The notes below the pieces were generated by a model. The model was not told the origin of the DNA. It saw only the letters and a program-made list of their open reading frames with translations, and searched no databases. A stretch of 63,991 nucleotides of DNA, filler included, from Octopus bimaculoides (Eukaryota), in the NCBI RefSeq assembly GCF_001194135.2. It is 4 parts of 4 records of this genome, joined end to end, with 100 filler letters (N's around TTAATTAATTAA, not from the genome) between each part and the next. Parts side by side here need not be neighbours in the genome. Positions count along the whole stretch, not along the records: positions 24,244 to 42,381 come from NC_069004.1; positions 42,482 to 58,965 come from NC_068988.1; 2 more parts are not named here. The stretch is one strand, 5' to 3'. The position numbers and the translations under genes are program-made. Shown in pieces: positions 40,402 to 53,889 of the stretch (positions within the stretch are counted from its first letter, which is position 1; the number at the start of each line of letters is the position of its first letter).

Positions 40402-41589
40402 NNNNNNNNNNNNNNNNNNNNNNNNNNNNNNNNNNNNNNNNNNNNNNNNNNNNNNNNNNNNNNNNNNNNNNNNNNNNNNNNNNNNNNNNNNNNNNNNNNN
40501 NNNNNNNNNNNNNNNNNNNNNNNNNNNNNNNNNNNNNNNNNNNNNNNNNNNNNNNNNNNNNNNNNNNNNNNNNNNNNNNNNNNNNNNNNNNNNNNNNNNN
40601 NNNNNNNNNNNNNNNNNNNNNNNNNNNNNNNNNNNNNNNNNNNNNNNNNNNNNNNNNNNNNNNNNNNNNNNNNNNNNNNNNNNNNNNNNNNNNNNNNNNN
40701 NNNNNNNNNNNNNNNNNNNNNNNNNNNNNNNNNNNNNNNNNNNNNNNNNNNNNNNNNNNNNNNNNNNNNNNNNNNNNNNNNNNNNNNNNNNNNNNNNNNN
40801 NNNNNNNNNNNNNNNNNNNNNNNNNNNNNNNNNNNNNNNNNNNNNNNNNNNNNNNNNNNNNNNNNNNNNNNNNNNNNNNNNNNNNNNNNNNNNNNNNNNN
40901 NNNNNNNNNNNNNNNNNNNNNNNNNNNNNNNNNNNNNNNNNNNNNNNNNNNNNNNNNNNNNNNNNNNNNNNNNNNNNNNNNNNNNNNNNNNNNNNNNNNN
41001 NNNNNNNNNNNNNNNNNNNNNNNNNNNNNNNNNNNNNNNNNNNNNNNNNNNNNNNNNNNNNNNNNNNNNNNNNNNNNNNNNNNNNNNNNNNNNNNNNNNN
41101 NNNNNNNNNNNNNNNNNNNNNNNNNNNNNNNNNNNNNNNNNNNNNNNNNNNNNNNNNNNNNNNNNNNNNNNNNNNNNNNNNNNNNNNNNNNNNNNNNNNN
41201 NNNNNNNNNNNNNNNNNNNNNNNNNNNNNNNNNNNNNNNNNNNNNNNNNNNNNNNNNNNNNNNNNNNNNNNNNNNNNNNNNNNNNNNNNNNNNNNNNNNN
41301 NNNNNNNNNNNNNNNNNNNNNNNNNNNNNNNNNNNNNNNNNNNNNNNNNNNNNNNNNNNNNNNNNNNNNNNNNNNNTATATATATATATATATATATATA
41401 TGCATGTTAGTGCGTGTGTGTGTGTGTGTGTGTATGTGTTTGTGTGTATGTTAGTGCATGTGTGTGTTTGATTTTCTGTCTGTACATAGACATATATACA
41501 CATGCAATACATATGTTTATGCATATATGTATATGTGTGTGTGTGAATATATATGTGTTTGTGTATATGTGAGTGTGAATATATATATA

Positions 41590-41640
<51 letters not shown>

Positions 41641-41722
41641 TGATCGGGACAAATTAATTGCAAATACTGTACAATCACTGACTGACAACAACGGATCATA
41701 CACACACATACACACACATACT

Positions 41723-41818
<96 letters not shown>

Positions 41819-42165
41819 TGTTATTTCTTTCTTCACATTCTTATTGTCTCTATGTACTCAATTCTTTTATGGAATTCAGTTCAGCCTACCTCCAGACGTC
41901 ACAAGCATGAACATAGTCATACTTTCTTAGATCTAAATGTCATATTTTTGCTCAGAGACATACATACCAACACACGCGTTAATACATACATATAAACATA
42001 TATATGCTCTCACACACACACACTCACACACATGTACACATACACACATACAAAACACATACATAGATATAAACATATGCATATATATATATATTGATAG
42101 AAAATACAACAAAAGAATGAAAGAGACCTAGATATTATGTAAATAGAGGAATTTATCTGTAATAT

Positions 42166-42320
42166 AATATGTGACAATTATTCGGTAGCCATAATAAAAC
42201 TCCGAGTTTCGGATACCGGGTCGGAAACCACGTAACTGAAGAGAAGACGGCGTGAGTTTCCGCCCTGGAATCTGAAACTCGGAGTTTTATATCATGGCTA
42301 CCGAATAATTGTCATATATT
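42166..42320 (+). mobile_element. Short inverted-terminal element with a hammerhead motif (probable PLE terminus)
   Basis: Arms 42166-42227 and 42257-42320 are reverse complements (tgacaattattcggtagccataataaaactccgagtttc / gaaactcggagttttatatcatggctaccgaataattgtca). The plus strand reads GTAA-CTGAAGA-..GGCG..CGCC..-GAAAC-TCGGA-GTT-TTAT. Confidence 0.7.
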
Positions 42321-42327
42321 ATTTGCC

Positions 42328-42358
<31 letters not shown>

Positions 42359-42599
42359 ATATATATATATTATATATATATNNNNNNNNNNNNNNNNNNN
42401 NNNNNNNNNNNNNNNNNNNNNNNNNTTAATTAATTAANNNNNNNNNNNNNNNNNNNNNNNNNNNNNNNNNNNNNNNNNNNNGACACACAAACAATGTAGA
42501 GATACTTACTAATGTACGTACACATTTTATGCGCAATATAATATGTATGCATACTCAGTCATGAAAATATGATCATGTTCTCTTTCATATGAGCCTGCC

Positions 42600-42619
42600 T
42601 GTCTATCTATCTATCTATG

Positions 42620-42693
<74 letters not shown>

Positions 42694-42725
42694 ACTATCT
42701 ATCTATCTATCTGTCTGTCTATCTA
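42600..42725 (+). repeat. (CTAT)n microsatellite
   Basis: Read directly from the sequence. Confidence 0.95.
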
Positions 42726-42999
42726 TCGTGCGATTTAAATTTAAATTGCATGGCATCACTCGTATTTCGAACCCCATGTGCATCCTTATGTATCGAAAGA
42801 GAGAACTGCATAAAGTATTATTGTAGCCTAATTTTCCTTTCATTCGTCTCCATACTTACAAAGATTACAGACTACAAAGAGGAAAACAAAACTGGAAAGT
42901 CGTTTGAAAACATTCAGTTACGTCATCTTGTGTTTACCATATATACATATATATATATATATATATGAATATANNNNNNNNNNATATATATATATTTTC

Positions 43000-43240
43000 A
43001 AAGTGTGATGTGACATAGTGGTCTTGTGTCCAAGAAAGGTTGCGCTTCATGTCAATTCTACTGTCTTCTTCAAGCTTCCGGGCAACATACCCATGCATGG
43101 TCTTTTTTTTTGTACTGAGTGATTTCCATCTAGGACTTCTCTGAGTTAAGAAAGCCCAGCTATTTTGGGGCTGTATAGGAGATCATCAAGAAGAGAGTGT
43201 TTCTTCAGGAGTTCACTGCCAACTCGTACACTGTTGTTCC
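43000..43240 (-). mobile_element. RLE LINE fragment (region before the zinc knuckle)
   Basis: Minus frame PMHGYVARKLEEDSRIDMKRNLSWTQDHYVTSHFENIY, corresponding to the SYLESYF segment near 12760. Confidence 0.65.
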
Positions 43241-43284
43241 CATATATCCATACATGTATGTATGTATGTATGTATGTACATGTG

Positions 43285-43320
<36 letters not shown>

Positions 43321-45149
43321 TGTAGAAGGAAAAGGAGATAGAAATGGAAAGAGAGACAGTTGCCGAGATAAAAAGAAACTGGTAGAATCAGACGATTGGG
43401 CTGCATGGAAATAAAAATCGAATTAATTTAGGAAAGATTATTTATTCATTTCAGAAATATAGGTCACCAGATGTTATTCATGTATTCAGTTGAAAGGCTA
43501 CCAATTAGAAATATGGTTTCATACATTGATCCAAGCAACAGTGTTGTGTTGTAGTTTCTTGTCACTCTTTGACTCAGGTCATTTTCGTTGATAGGAAAAC
43601 CAAAATGGTATTTGCGTTTGTACACACTGGAAACATTAAAACGGAGGAAAAAGATGGAGAAGGGAGAAAAATTTTACTGCGGAGTGGATTAATTTTATTG
43701 AGATGTTACTTTTGAAGAATATCGTTTTTAATATACCAGTTTCATGAATTTAACGATTCCGCATGCAACGAAGTATACATACATACACACAAATCAAGTA
43801 CACATACATATTTACATACAAACACATATATAGATACATATATATTTGTATATATATATGTAAATATATATATATATATATATACATACATATATATATG
43901 TACACACATATATATACATGTAAATATATATATACACACACACATATATATACATATATATGTATGTATATATGTATGTATGTAAGTATGCATATAATGT
44001 GTATGTTTGTGTGTGTGTGTGCATACACTCACGTATTGATATACCCTAATCTTCCGTCATGCAGTCCCATTCCTGGTTTATTTTTCTCCTATTTGTGTCG
44101 GTTTCGCAGCCCCGGTAGCTCTCTCTCTCTCTCTCCACTCACTCACTCACACACCCTTATTCACTCTCTCTCTCCCCTTCTCTTTCTCCCTCTCTCCATC
44201 CCCTCTTTCTCTCTCTATTATACACATCTTTCACTCGTCTTCACTTTCACTTGCGTCATTAATATTGATAAAAACATTAAAAACCAGCATTTTTATTTGA
44301 AATACCATTTCTTCGTGTGTAACGAAAAATAATTCTGAGATATTACTTTTTCTAAAACATTTTTTAAGCATAAACGTAACATGTAACAGACTACACACAC
44401 ACACACACAATCACACACATACACTTATATATACATATATGCACACACATATATTATATATAGATAGATATGCACACATGCATATATATATATATATCTT
44501 TATATATGTAGGTATATATATGCNNNNNNNNNNATATATATATATATATATTTATATATGTTTATATATATATATATGAATGCAAATATGTGTGTGTTTT
44601 TATATATGTATACACACATGCACATATATACGTATATATTTACAGTTATATATATTGGTATATATGTCTGTCTGTATAGATATATATGTATGTGTTGGTG
44701 TGTGTGTATGTATGTAGATATGCGTGTATTTGTGCCAAAATAGTAACTTAATCAATCAGTAAAATACAGATCGATAATATAGATACCCGACAGAAGTAAG
44801 TGCTGAAATATGCTTAGGTTGACTATGTTCCCTTAAATTCTCTGAAGTCGGTACCCCAGCATGGCCGCAGTCAAGGGACTGAAACAATAAAAACCGTAAA
44901 CGAAAGAACAGAAGCATCGAATCGGCGGGATTATGTTTGGAAAGTGTTTGATGACAGCTTTGTGCGGCTGGGGTTGACTTGGAACTGATCAATGACGTCA
45001 GCCACAGTGTCAACCGTAACAACACTTACCTTTACAACAGCAACTACAACACTGCAGAAACATTGAACGGCAAGGAACGAGTTAGAAAAGCGAAGTGACA
45101 TTAATAGACCCATGGATATGTTGGCTATACTTTTGTTGCGAAGGCAACG

Positions 45150-46030
45150 AACTAGCAGTAACGTTAGCACGCTGAGCAAAATGCTTAGAGGCATTTCGTC
45201 CGTGTGTAAGCTCTGAGTTCAAATCCCGCCGAGGTCGACTTTGCCTATTTTATCGCTGTAATCGACTTTCTCACTCCCCCCCCCACTCACCTGCCGAAAT
45301 TGTTGGCCCTGTGTCAAATATTTGATAACCGATATTACTATTGCTGTTAAGGCGGCGACCTGACAGGGACGTTGCCACGCCGAGGTCGACTTTGCCTTTC
45401 ATCCTTTCGGGATCGATAAAATAAAGTACCAGTTGCGTACTTGTGTAAACGGTATCGACTAGCCTGTTCCCTAGAAAATTTCAAGCCTTGTGCCTATAAT
45501 GAAAGGGATATTACTGTTGTTGGCGTTTAGCCCCAGGCTAACTCTACTATGGTAAACGATATTCTAGCTTTGACTCAATGTATTCAGACATTGTGCATTA
45601 AGGGCCATATTATCTCATATTCTCTGTTTTTTTTTTACATGTGGTAAACACTGTATTGAGAAAGACTTAGCTGCTATTTCTTGTAGGTAGGTCAACCATG
45701 TAGTGTCGCAAAATGCAAACCTAGAGATGAAGAATTGGGAAGTGACGGGGAATGGTGCTCGACATGTAGAGACGCGATATAATCGTTGGTGTCAAGAGAA
45801 AAATTTGGTTTCAAATTTTGGCACTAGGCCAGCAATTTCGGGACGGTGGTGGTGGTGGGGAGTGGAGTAATTCGATTGCATCGACCCCAATACACAACCG
45901 GTACTTATTTCATCGACCTCGAAGGATGAAAGACAAAGTCGACCACGGCAGAATTTGAACATAGAAAGTAAAGACGGACGAAATACTGCTCAGCATTTTG
46001 CCCGCTGTGCTAACGCTTCTGCCAACTCGG
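45150..46030. mobile_element. SINE cluster: plus copies at 45150-45320 and 45348-45505, minus copy at 45810-46030
   Basis: gccgaggtcgactttgcct in the plus copies; aaagtcgaccacggcagaatttgaac in the minus copy. Confidence 0.8.
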
Positions 46031-46571
46031 CCCGTTCCCTATAAATAGTTGTCATATTAGTTACGGAAGACTATGGTGGAACTTATATCGGAATCACAGA
46101 CTAAGCTACAACATTTGCTTGTCAGTGTATCAATGACGTTTCGTTTAATTACTTACATTTAAATATTATAATATTTTAGTGACGGATGCAGCAGCATCAG
46201 CCAAGGGAACTATAAAATATTTAGAGGTATTCTGTAACGAAAGCTAGATTTTACAAGCGATAAATATCATAGATCAATAAGCATACCAAGAATGTCCTTT
46301 GGTGGTGAATTTGGCTACATTTTCATTTCATTTAAGTTATAAGGCTATTTGCACGTCTTTGTTTGTCCTATGCAATCTTTCTCGTTTACACCCCGTCTAC
46401 TCTTTTCTCTCTTTTTCTACGTCTATTTTTTAAACAATTATTGTTCGTAGCTTTTAACCTGAGCTACTGGACCCCGCAGATCATTTTGTGATCACGTCAG
46501 TAGCGTAGTTAGATTGTGTGTCGCTCAGAACATCCCTTCATTTTGCTGCCGCACCTACACTCCAAGCTTTT

Positions 46572-46687
46572 GGAAACGCTAGAAGTGATCCTTCGTCAGA
46601 ACATCTGCTGACGTGAGTTAGTATCGTAACTACGTTACTTACTCACGTCAGCAGATGTTCTGACCAAGGATCACTTCTGTCGTTTCC
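46572..46687. repeat. Near-perfect hairpin with a stem of about 52 bp
   Basis: ggaaacgctagaagtgatccttcgtcagaacatctgctgacgtgagttagta versus the reverse complement of tacttactcacgtcagcagatgttctgaccaaggatcacttctgtcgtttcc shows 4 mismatches. Confidence 0.9.
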
Positions 46688-49316
46688 ATCGTATTTTGTT
46701 CACACTATATTTTGTTTATTTTACCATCTTCTTTTCTAATGTCTGACTGTTAGTGTCTCCTTGTCTCTTCGTCAAAACTTTTGCCCAATCACTTTGCCCA
46801 TTTTCGCTTCTTCCTCTTAAATTATGTCTTCTTTATGTTAATAGTTCATGTCTGGTCTCACCTTGATCTTTTTTTAAACACACGAAGAAGAAATATACGA
46901 TGCAGCAAACGGACGCAACACAAAATTGTAAGGGCGATGTCGAAGTTATAAAATATTGGTAAAGTAGAACAGTGGAGTTTAAAGTGATTATCGGCTGTCT
47001 GCAACGGCACACACACAAACACAAACAAACAAAGAAAAACAGTTGAAGAAACATGCAAGTTTTTAACTTACTTTTAACTTATATTTTGAATTTATATTTC
47101 TGAACTTATTACGTATTCTGAAATATAATATGCAAACCTTAAAGATTAAGAGTTGACTACAGTCATCAGCAAAGTTACAAGAATTCTTTTGGTTAAGACA
47201 TTCTATTTTAGAATTCACTTTCGCCAGCAATTGTCAAGTAAAGTTGATAAGCGAAGATTTAACCACAAACTAAATAACATCGCTCATTGCGGTTTTCTGT
47301 TTTAGTTCTGTCTTTCATTTCTCACTTTGCAAGTAATATAGTGTGATGATAAGTTCCTAGCGAACTAAGTCTGTGAGAGAGATCAACTCCAATGGTTAAG
47401 CAATTTCATTCCATCAAGTTCTCATATTGGTTATTTCTAGTCGTGAAAGAGAAGGGGAGGTGGAGGGTTCCGTCAAACTTATTCCTTCATAACATGCTAT
47501 AGAAGTATAAGATATTTGGTATAGAACCAGTGACCCATAGACTATTATGCAAGTCTTCATTTTAACTGTTCTGTTTTTATACTTTATAATTCCCTTTTTA
47601 TCTCTTCTGGCTTCCATTTTTTTTCAACTATTTTCATTTCTATTTTTCTTTCCTCTCTGTTGATCCTAATTATTAGTTTTCAAACTACTATCATGGCTGT
47701 TGTATGACATCTCGCAAACATATACAAAATAAGTAAATGAATAAATGACTACACAGTCAAAATACTTTATGGTTCTGCAAAAGGATTCCCAATCTAATTC
47801 AAGTGCCACGCTTTCCATCTACATTGCTGATATAGAATTTTTAGGAAATAAATTGTCATAGCTAGATCTAGCATATGAAAGGATTTTCAGATTTTAGCTG
47901 GCGAATTGTTTATAACAAAATTCTGTATTAACATAGAAATAAAATAAAAGGAATTTGGTAAGAATCCCATCTCATGGGTTATTGATTGCGTTTTGCCTTT
48001 ATTTATAGATTCAATTTTTTTTCCATTTGAATTGGTTGTGCAGATTTACCGTTTCCATAATGTTTTGTATAATGAAATCTCATATAACATTCATATCAAC
48101 ACCTACAACATTATACATATATATACATATATGCTTGTTGGAGTGGAAGAGATATCTATTTTTACGGCACGGCCACTTGCAAGACAAGCAGTGAACCCAA
48201 AGACAAGTAGTAAAGTTAGTTGATAGAACTGGAAACTTTATTAAATGAATTTAATAATCTAATGCTTTAACCTTCCAGTAACTACAATTCTTCATTGAAA
48301 ATCATAGAATATAAAACGATCCAAAGTAACACTTTGTAACTGTGGTAGTTAACTATCATTCACAGCAACTTTGACCAAGGAAATAAAACATGAATAGTGG
48401 AGTTTAATGAAGTCTAGACATGCTAAGTATATGAAAAACTAAAAAACAAAACAAAAAATAAAAAAACAAATGTTGAATTAAAATATTTAATAAATTTTTT
48501 AAAAAATAATTACAATCTTGTATTTATCTGGTTTTTTTTTTTTCCCCTCCAACTACTTCATGACATTTATAGACATGATGATTTTATCCAAAATCCGATC
48601 AGAAACTTTCGTTTCCTTCAGGCTAACTCAGCAGAACATCAATCAGTCCATTATTAGGAGAATTCTTCATTTACCATTTTCATCTCATTTCTTTTTTCTT
48701 TTGAAAACATTTTCATTTATGTGTTTTTTTAAAAAGTAACTTTTATTTGATGTTTGATGGCTAAATGGTGAAGGTTTAGGAGTTAAGATATTCTATTCAG
48801 AGATTGTGAGAAGCTGTGCGATGACACTTGAAGCTATGTTTGGTAGAGGAAAGAAAAGGTAAGGAAGACATGTGCGATGTTAGAAGAATGGAAGAGGGGC
48901 CAAACAAGGCGGCACAGGCAGATAGAGCCAGGCAATGACATTGCACTTGCATACAGACAAACTAGACGCTTCCACACATAAACACATACACACACTCATG
49001 CACATGGAGAGAACGAGGGAGAGATTAAAATGGCTGACGACAACTAAATCAGCGTCGAATCAGCGATGCGGATAAGGCGGCGGCGCCAAAACGGCTGCAG
49101 CAAAAATCTCATCCTTGATCAACTGGTTAGAGATGAAGGTTCAAATTGAAGACTTATAGCTATGAGACTCACCACTGACATTATTTCTCAATCCATCCAA
49201 TGTTGCAACATATTCCTACACGATGTTTATCCAGAAGGATTCATTACACGTTTTGCTGTTTCTATTGCTTTTTTTTAACGAATTGCAAAATTCGTTGTTT
49301 GACTCTAATAATCTGT

Positions 49317-49410
49317 TATGAGTAAGATTATCTGGTCATTAGATTATCTGGTTATTAGATTATCTGGTTATTATCTGGTTATTATGAGTAAGATTATCTG
49401 GTTATTAGAA
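49317..49410 (+). repeat. Minisatellite, 16-bp unit agattatctggttatt
   Basis: About five full or partial tandem units. Confidence 0.85.
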
Positions 49411-49430
49411 TCGTTCAGGTAATCTGGTTA

Positions 49431-50320
49431 CAAACTTTGGCTCAAGGCCAGCAATTTCGAGAGAGAGCCAGTGAGTTAATTACATCGACCCCAGTGCTTA
49501 ACTCGTATTTATTTTATCCACCCCGAAAAGATGAAAGGCAAAGTCGGCTTTGACGGCGTTTGAACTCAGAACGTAAAGATGGATGAAATGCTGCCAAGCA
49601 TTTTTGTCCGGCATACGAACGACTCTACCAGTTCTCTGCCTTAGCCTGTTATATCAGTGACAAAGGCGGCGAACTGGTACGCCGGGCGAAATGCTGAGCG
49701 GTATTTCGTGTGTCTTTACGTTCTGAGTTCAAATTATGACTAGGTCGACTTTGCCTTTCATCTTTTCGGGGTCGATAAATTAAGTACCAGTTACGCACTG
49801 GGGTCGATGTAATCAACTTAATCCGTTCGTCTGTTCTTGTTTGTTCCCTCTATGTTTAGCCCCTTGTGGGCAATAACGAAATAGGTATTTCGTCTGTCTT
49901 TACGTTCTGAGTTCAAATTCTGACTAGGTTGACTTTGCCTTTCATCCTTTCGGGGCCGATAAATTAAGTACCAGTTGCATACTGGGATCGATCTAATCGA
50001 CTGGCCCCTCCTCCAAAATTTCGAGCCTTGTGCCTAGAGTAGGAAAGAATATTTTTAATAAAGAAATAATTATATTAGTTACAAATTTTGGCACAAGTCC
50101 AAAAGGACAGCAATTTTGTGGGAGGTTGTAAATTGATAACATCGATCCCCATTGCTCAATTACATCGATTCCAGTAATCAATTGATACTTATTCTATCGA
50201 CTCCGAAAGAATGAAAGGCAAAGTCGACTTCAGTGGAATTTGAACTCAGAGCGTAAAGACAGACGAAATGCCACCAAATATTTTGTCTGCTGTGCTAACG
50301 ATTCTGCCAGCTCGCTGCCT
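49431..50320. mobile_element. SINE cluster: minus 49431-49642, plus 49662-50048 (composite), minus 50085-50320
   Basis: Family core gtcgactttgcctttcatc..ttcggggtcgataaattaagtaccag in alternating orientations. Confidence 0.85.
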
Positions 50321-50749
50321 TTCGACACTCTATTATACCGGAATATGATAGAGCGCATGCTTTTCCAGGGGTTTCTATGCAAATGTATTCTCTTTATTCT
50401 GCGGGTGTATTAATAAGGACTCTTTTTACTTGGCAGGTGTCCGATCATTTTCGTAAAGAAATTAAAATCAGCATTTTTGGAATACAAAATTCCGCTAAAT
50501 CAAATGGTAGAGAAGGGTGGGGGACAATTACACACCTGAAACTTTTTAACTTTTTATACTTTTAGAAACATAAAGTAAGTGCTAATCTAGTTATCCAATT
50601 GTTATTTTTAATATTAAAACAAATCTTTAAAAGCTTTTTGTCTGTAAAATGGCGAGAATTGATTTCTTCTTCTTTTTTTTCGTATATTTTACGAATATGA
50701 TTACCAGCTTTATTGTTGTTGTTGTTGTTGTGTTGGTTTAATGTCATTT

Positions 50750-50900
50750 AGATTCATCATCATCGTCGTAGTCGTCGTCGTCATCTTCATCATCATCATC
50801 ATCATCGTTTTTACTCTCCTCATCTTCATCATCATATCATCATCATCATCATCATCATCATCTCTGTCATCATCATCTACCGCATTATTGTTGTTGTTAC
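50750..50900 (+). repeat. (CAT)n microsatellite
   Basis: Read directly from the sequence. Confidence 0.9.
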
Positions 50901-51308
50901 TCTTGATGTTAAGAATCTTAGTGTGTAGCATTGGCGACTGAATAAAAAAAAATATTTGTCTTTTAACCGGAGGCTTAATACTTCTTCAATTTGGCCGGAA
51001 TCTTAATGTTTACGAGTGCACTAAAAATAAACAGTATTAATTGTTTGACCTTTTGTGATCGAATGTATCAATCAGCAAGAGATTACTCTGATTGGCTTCA
51101 GGGGCGACAAACAAGTGCTGTGACATTGATTTAACCACCCCCCTCGCCCCACTGAAATCACGTGGTATAAATGAAATAACTACAACGGAATTGAACCAAG
51201 ATTGCGTTCTGGATTCACCGGAATATTACCACATGCTAACCACCATCTTTTAGATTCCAAGAAGCTCTTTGAGACCTGGCGTTTCGTATTTGTTTCGTAA
51301 TGTAAAGT

Positions 51309-52270
51309 ATCCATCCCTCCATCCATCCATCCATCCATCCATCCGTCCTCTCTGCCTAGTATTCATGCAAAGGTCGTGGGGGTAGAGTCCTCAAGCCCAC
51401 ATCCTCATCCCCACCCCACACATAGGGCCCTATCAGAAGCAGCCATCTTTACACTTTCCGGCTGGATTCCCAAGCATGACCAACTGAGCCTATGGCTATT
51501 GTCCCACCTTGCTCATAGTCTGTTCCTAGGTCTTCTATCGGTTGGCTCGGTTTGAACAATCTGTCCTTTCCTGCGGCATTCTAAGCACATATCTGTTGTG
51601 CCAGGGCTGTGACTTCTCCACCCGGAGAAGTAGCGGTTCGATCTAAAGAGACTCCCAAATCTCCGACCTTCGCACCCTCTTGAGAAACGCTACTGCAGAG
51701 ACCTTTGCAGAGGTACTCCATTTCAGCCGCTTGCGTTCGCGAACGAATTCTTTTTATCTTGACCCAACATTCAAGGCCAAAGTTGAGGACAGGTACGAAA
51801 GCTTAATTGAAGATTGCAAGTTTGACTTATTTACCACCCTCTCCCCCTTCCGAGGAGGATCGAATATTGGATCAGGTGCAAAACTGTGCAAGCAACTGCA
51901 ATCCGAGCATCCGTTTCAGCTTCCTGCTTCCTCTCACGCCTGATTACGTACCTGAGATATTTAAACTTCACATGCCTCAGTGGTGTTCCACTAACATGCA
52001 GATTACATTGGGAAAACTTTCTTGGGAAGAGCAATGTGTCAGTCTTCGCGACACCAATTCTTATCCCAGCTTTTCCTGCACTGGGTGGCGAATCCATTCA
52101 GTGCATGCTGGAGATCTCCTGTTGAACCAAACAGCACCATGTCGTCTGCAGATATCAGCCGATCAATCCTACACCTATCGATTGCGGCACCACTTCCACA
52201 ACGGCTGCACATGTCAGTCCATTTGATAAAGATTATGAAAAGGCGAGGTAACATTTCTCAGTGTGAAGTA
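51309..52270 (-). mobile_element. 5'-truncated RTE-clade LINE (Rex3/Expander-like) with (GGAT)n tail
   Basis: ORFs 52039-52254 (LFIIFIKW..RLISADDMVL..DLQHALNGF) and 51831-52097 (KFKYLRYV..ETDARIAVA), further frame FKLSFVPVLNFGLECW..QAAEMEYL, and the tail (ATCC)n on the plus strand at 51309-51344. Confidence 0.85.
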
Positions 52271-52539
52271 TATGTTAAATAACCACCACCCCTGCAAGGA
52301 ACACAGGTGCATCGTAGGTAATACTCCCAAAATACCTGGTTACGCCAAATTTCAAGTGACTACAATACTTTTGCACCCACAACACCTCCTTTGAATGACG
52401 ATTCCTTTACTCGCAAAGAAAGGGTCTAAAAATGTAATTGATTAGAACAAAGAATTCTAATGTTTCGAACAAGAACCTTCTTTGGATACAGAAGGAACGT
52501 TTCTCTTAAAATCTTTTTTTTTCTTCTTTTGTATTTATT

Positions 52540-52790
52540 TTACCGCATTAATGTCAACCGCATGAAGCAACCGACTTTTATTTTGTGTTCCAAACAACAA
52601 TAGCAAGACTACTGTGTCTTAATTTCATTGCTGTTATTTTTAAGTTGACCAAAATCCTTTTGATCTCAACGGTTACAATGTATTTATCCTTATTGATTGT
52701 TCTTAACTTTTGATTTCTTATTTTCTTCCAGATTGCTCTGGTTGCCGCATCATGCCTCCTGGCAAGATGGGATCTCAATAATATTTTCTC
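52540..52790 (-). mobile_element. RLE LINE fragment (RHD motif to endonuclease)
   Basis: ORF 52578-52778 HLARRHDAA..KLRHSSLAIVVWNTK, followed by IKVGC, parallels the RHD..HNRPDIV..EICSP segment at 12.4-12.7 kb. Confidence 0.6.
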
Positions 52791-53014
52791 ACAGTTGGTA
52801 ATGATGGAGGTAATGTCTTCAGTTTTATTTCTATTTTTATTTTTCTTAATAGCTCACATTTGTTATCAGATTTGGAAATTTATTTTATTTATTTATTTAT
52901 ATTCATTTTGTTGTTGTTGCTGTAAAAGGTAGAGATTTCTTGTTCTTGGATTGCATGAAAATAACCTTCAAGGCAAGTTGTATCTGTGTGTCTTTGTATG
53001 TGTGCGTGTGTGTG

Positions 53015-53065
<51 letters not shown>

Positions 53066-53181
53066 CATTTGAGCGTTTATATATATATATATATCAGTAT
53101 AAGTATGAATTTAGTGCAAGTATATGTAAGTAAATGAGTGTGTATGTGTATACACACTCTCTCTCTCACACACACACACTC

Positions 53182-53214
<33 letters not shown>

Positions 53215-53217
53215 TGT

Positions 53218-53254
<37 letters not shown>

Positions 53255-53889
53255 CGTGTGTGTGTATTTAATCTATCCTACGACGCCATATTTGCCCTGT
53301 CTTAGGAACAGAGAAGCTCGATAATTCTTATCCGTTGTAATGATAATATTCTGTTTGTTTCCAATAAATATCCTACTCTTTAAAATGTTTGTGAACCTGT
53401 TCCTTCAACCATCGTTTAGTAAACTGAAATGTTGCCTCAATCCAGATTCTGCTGCCTCGAGCTAGATTCGTCTTCTCTCAGATACCAACTAACTTCCCTC
53501 CCCACTCTCTCTCCCGGCGTCTTACAGTTTTCTTTGCTTCGTACCCATCTTCGTAATAACATTCCTCTTCAAACGTCTTAATATCTTCTCCGCTCTTTTA
53601 ACTCGTGTCTCTTTCCATTTCACTTTATCTCATTGTTTATATTTATCTTTCTGGCATCTGGCTGAGCCTTTCATGTTAAGTGAAACGACTTTTACAGCTT
53701 CAGCGAATGCAATCAACATTGAAACTTACGTGCTGTAAAATGTAAATGAATTTATTGTAAATATGTGTGTCCGCCAAGGTTCTGTCCTATAAACTGTTCC
53801 GTTTATCATGTTCAGTGACACAACAGTTCAGAACTGAATGTCATTGAAAATTGTCAATATGTGATAGTAATCTAATGCTTATTAGAACG

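Noticed and set aside
10301-41524. Long ORFs of 150-400 aa in the ORF track
   Set aside because: They consist of X from N-gaps plus TA/CA/GA microsatellite translations and carry no coding signal.
49317-49410. Short direct repeats that could suggest a CRISPR array
   Set aside because: The units are contiguous with no unique spacers, the genome is eukaryotic and there are no cas genes; it is a minisatellite.
52455-52490. ccaaagaaggttcttgttcgaaacatt on the minus strand, resembling a minimal HHR
   Set aside because: The core and helix II each need several substitutions, so it cannot be distinguished from chance.
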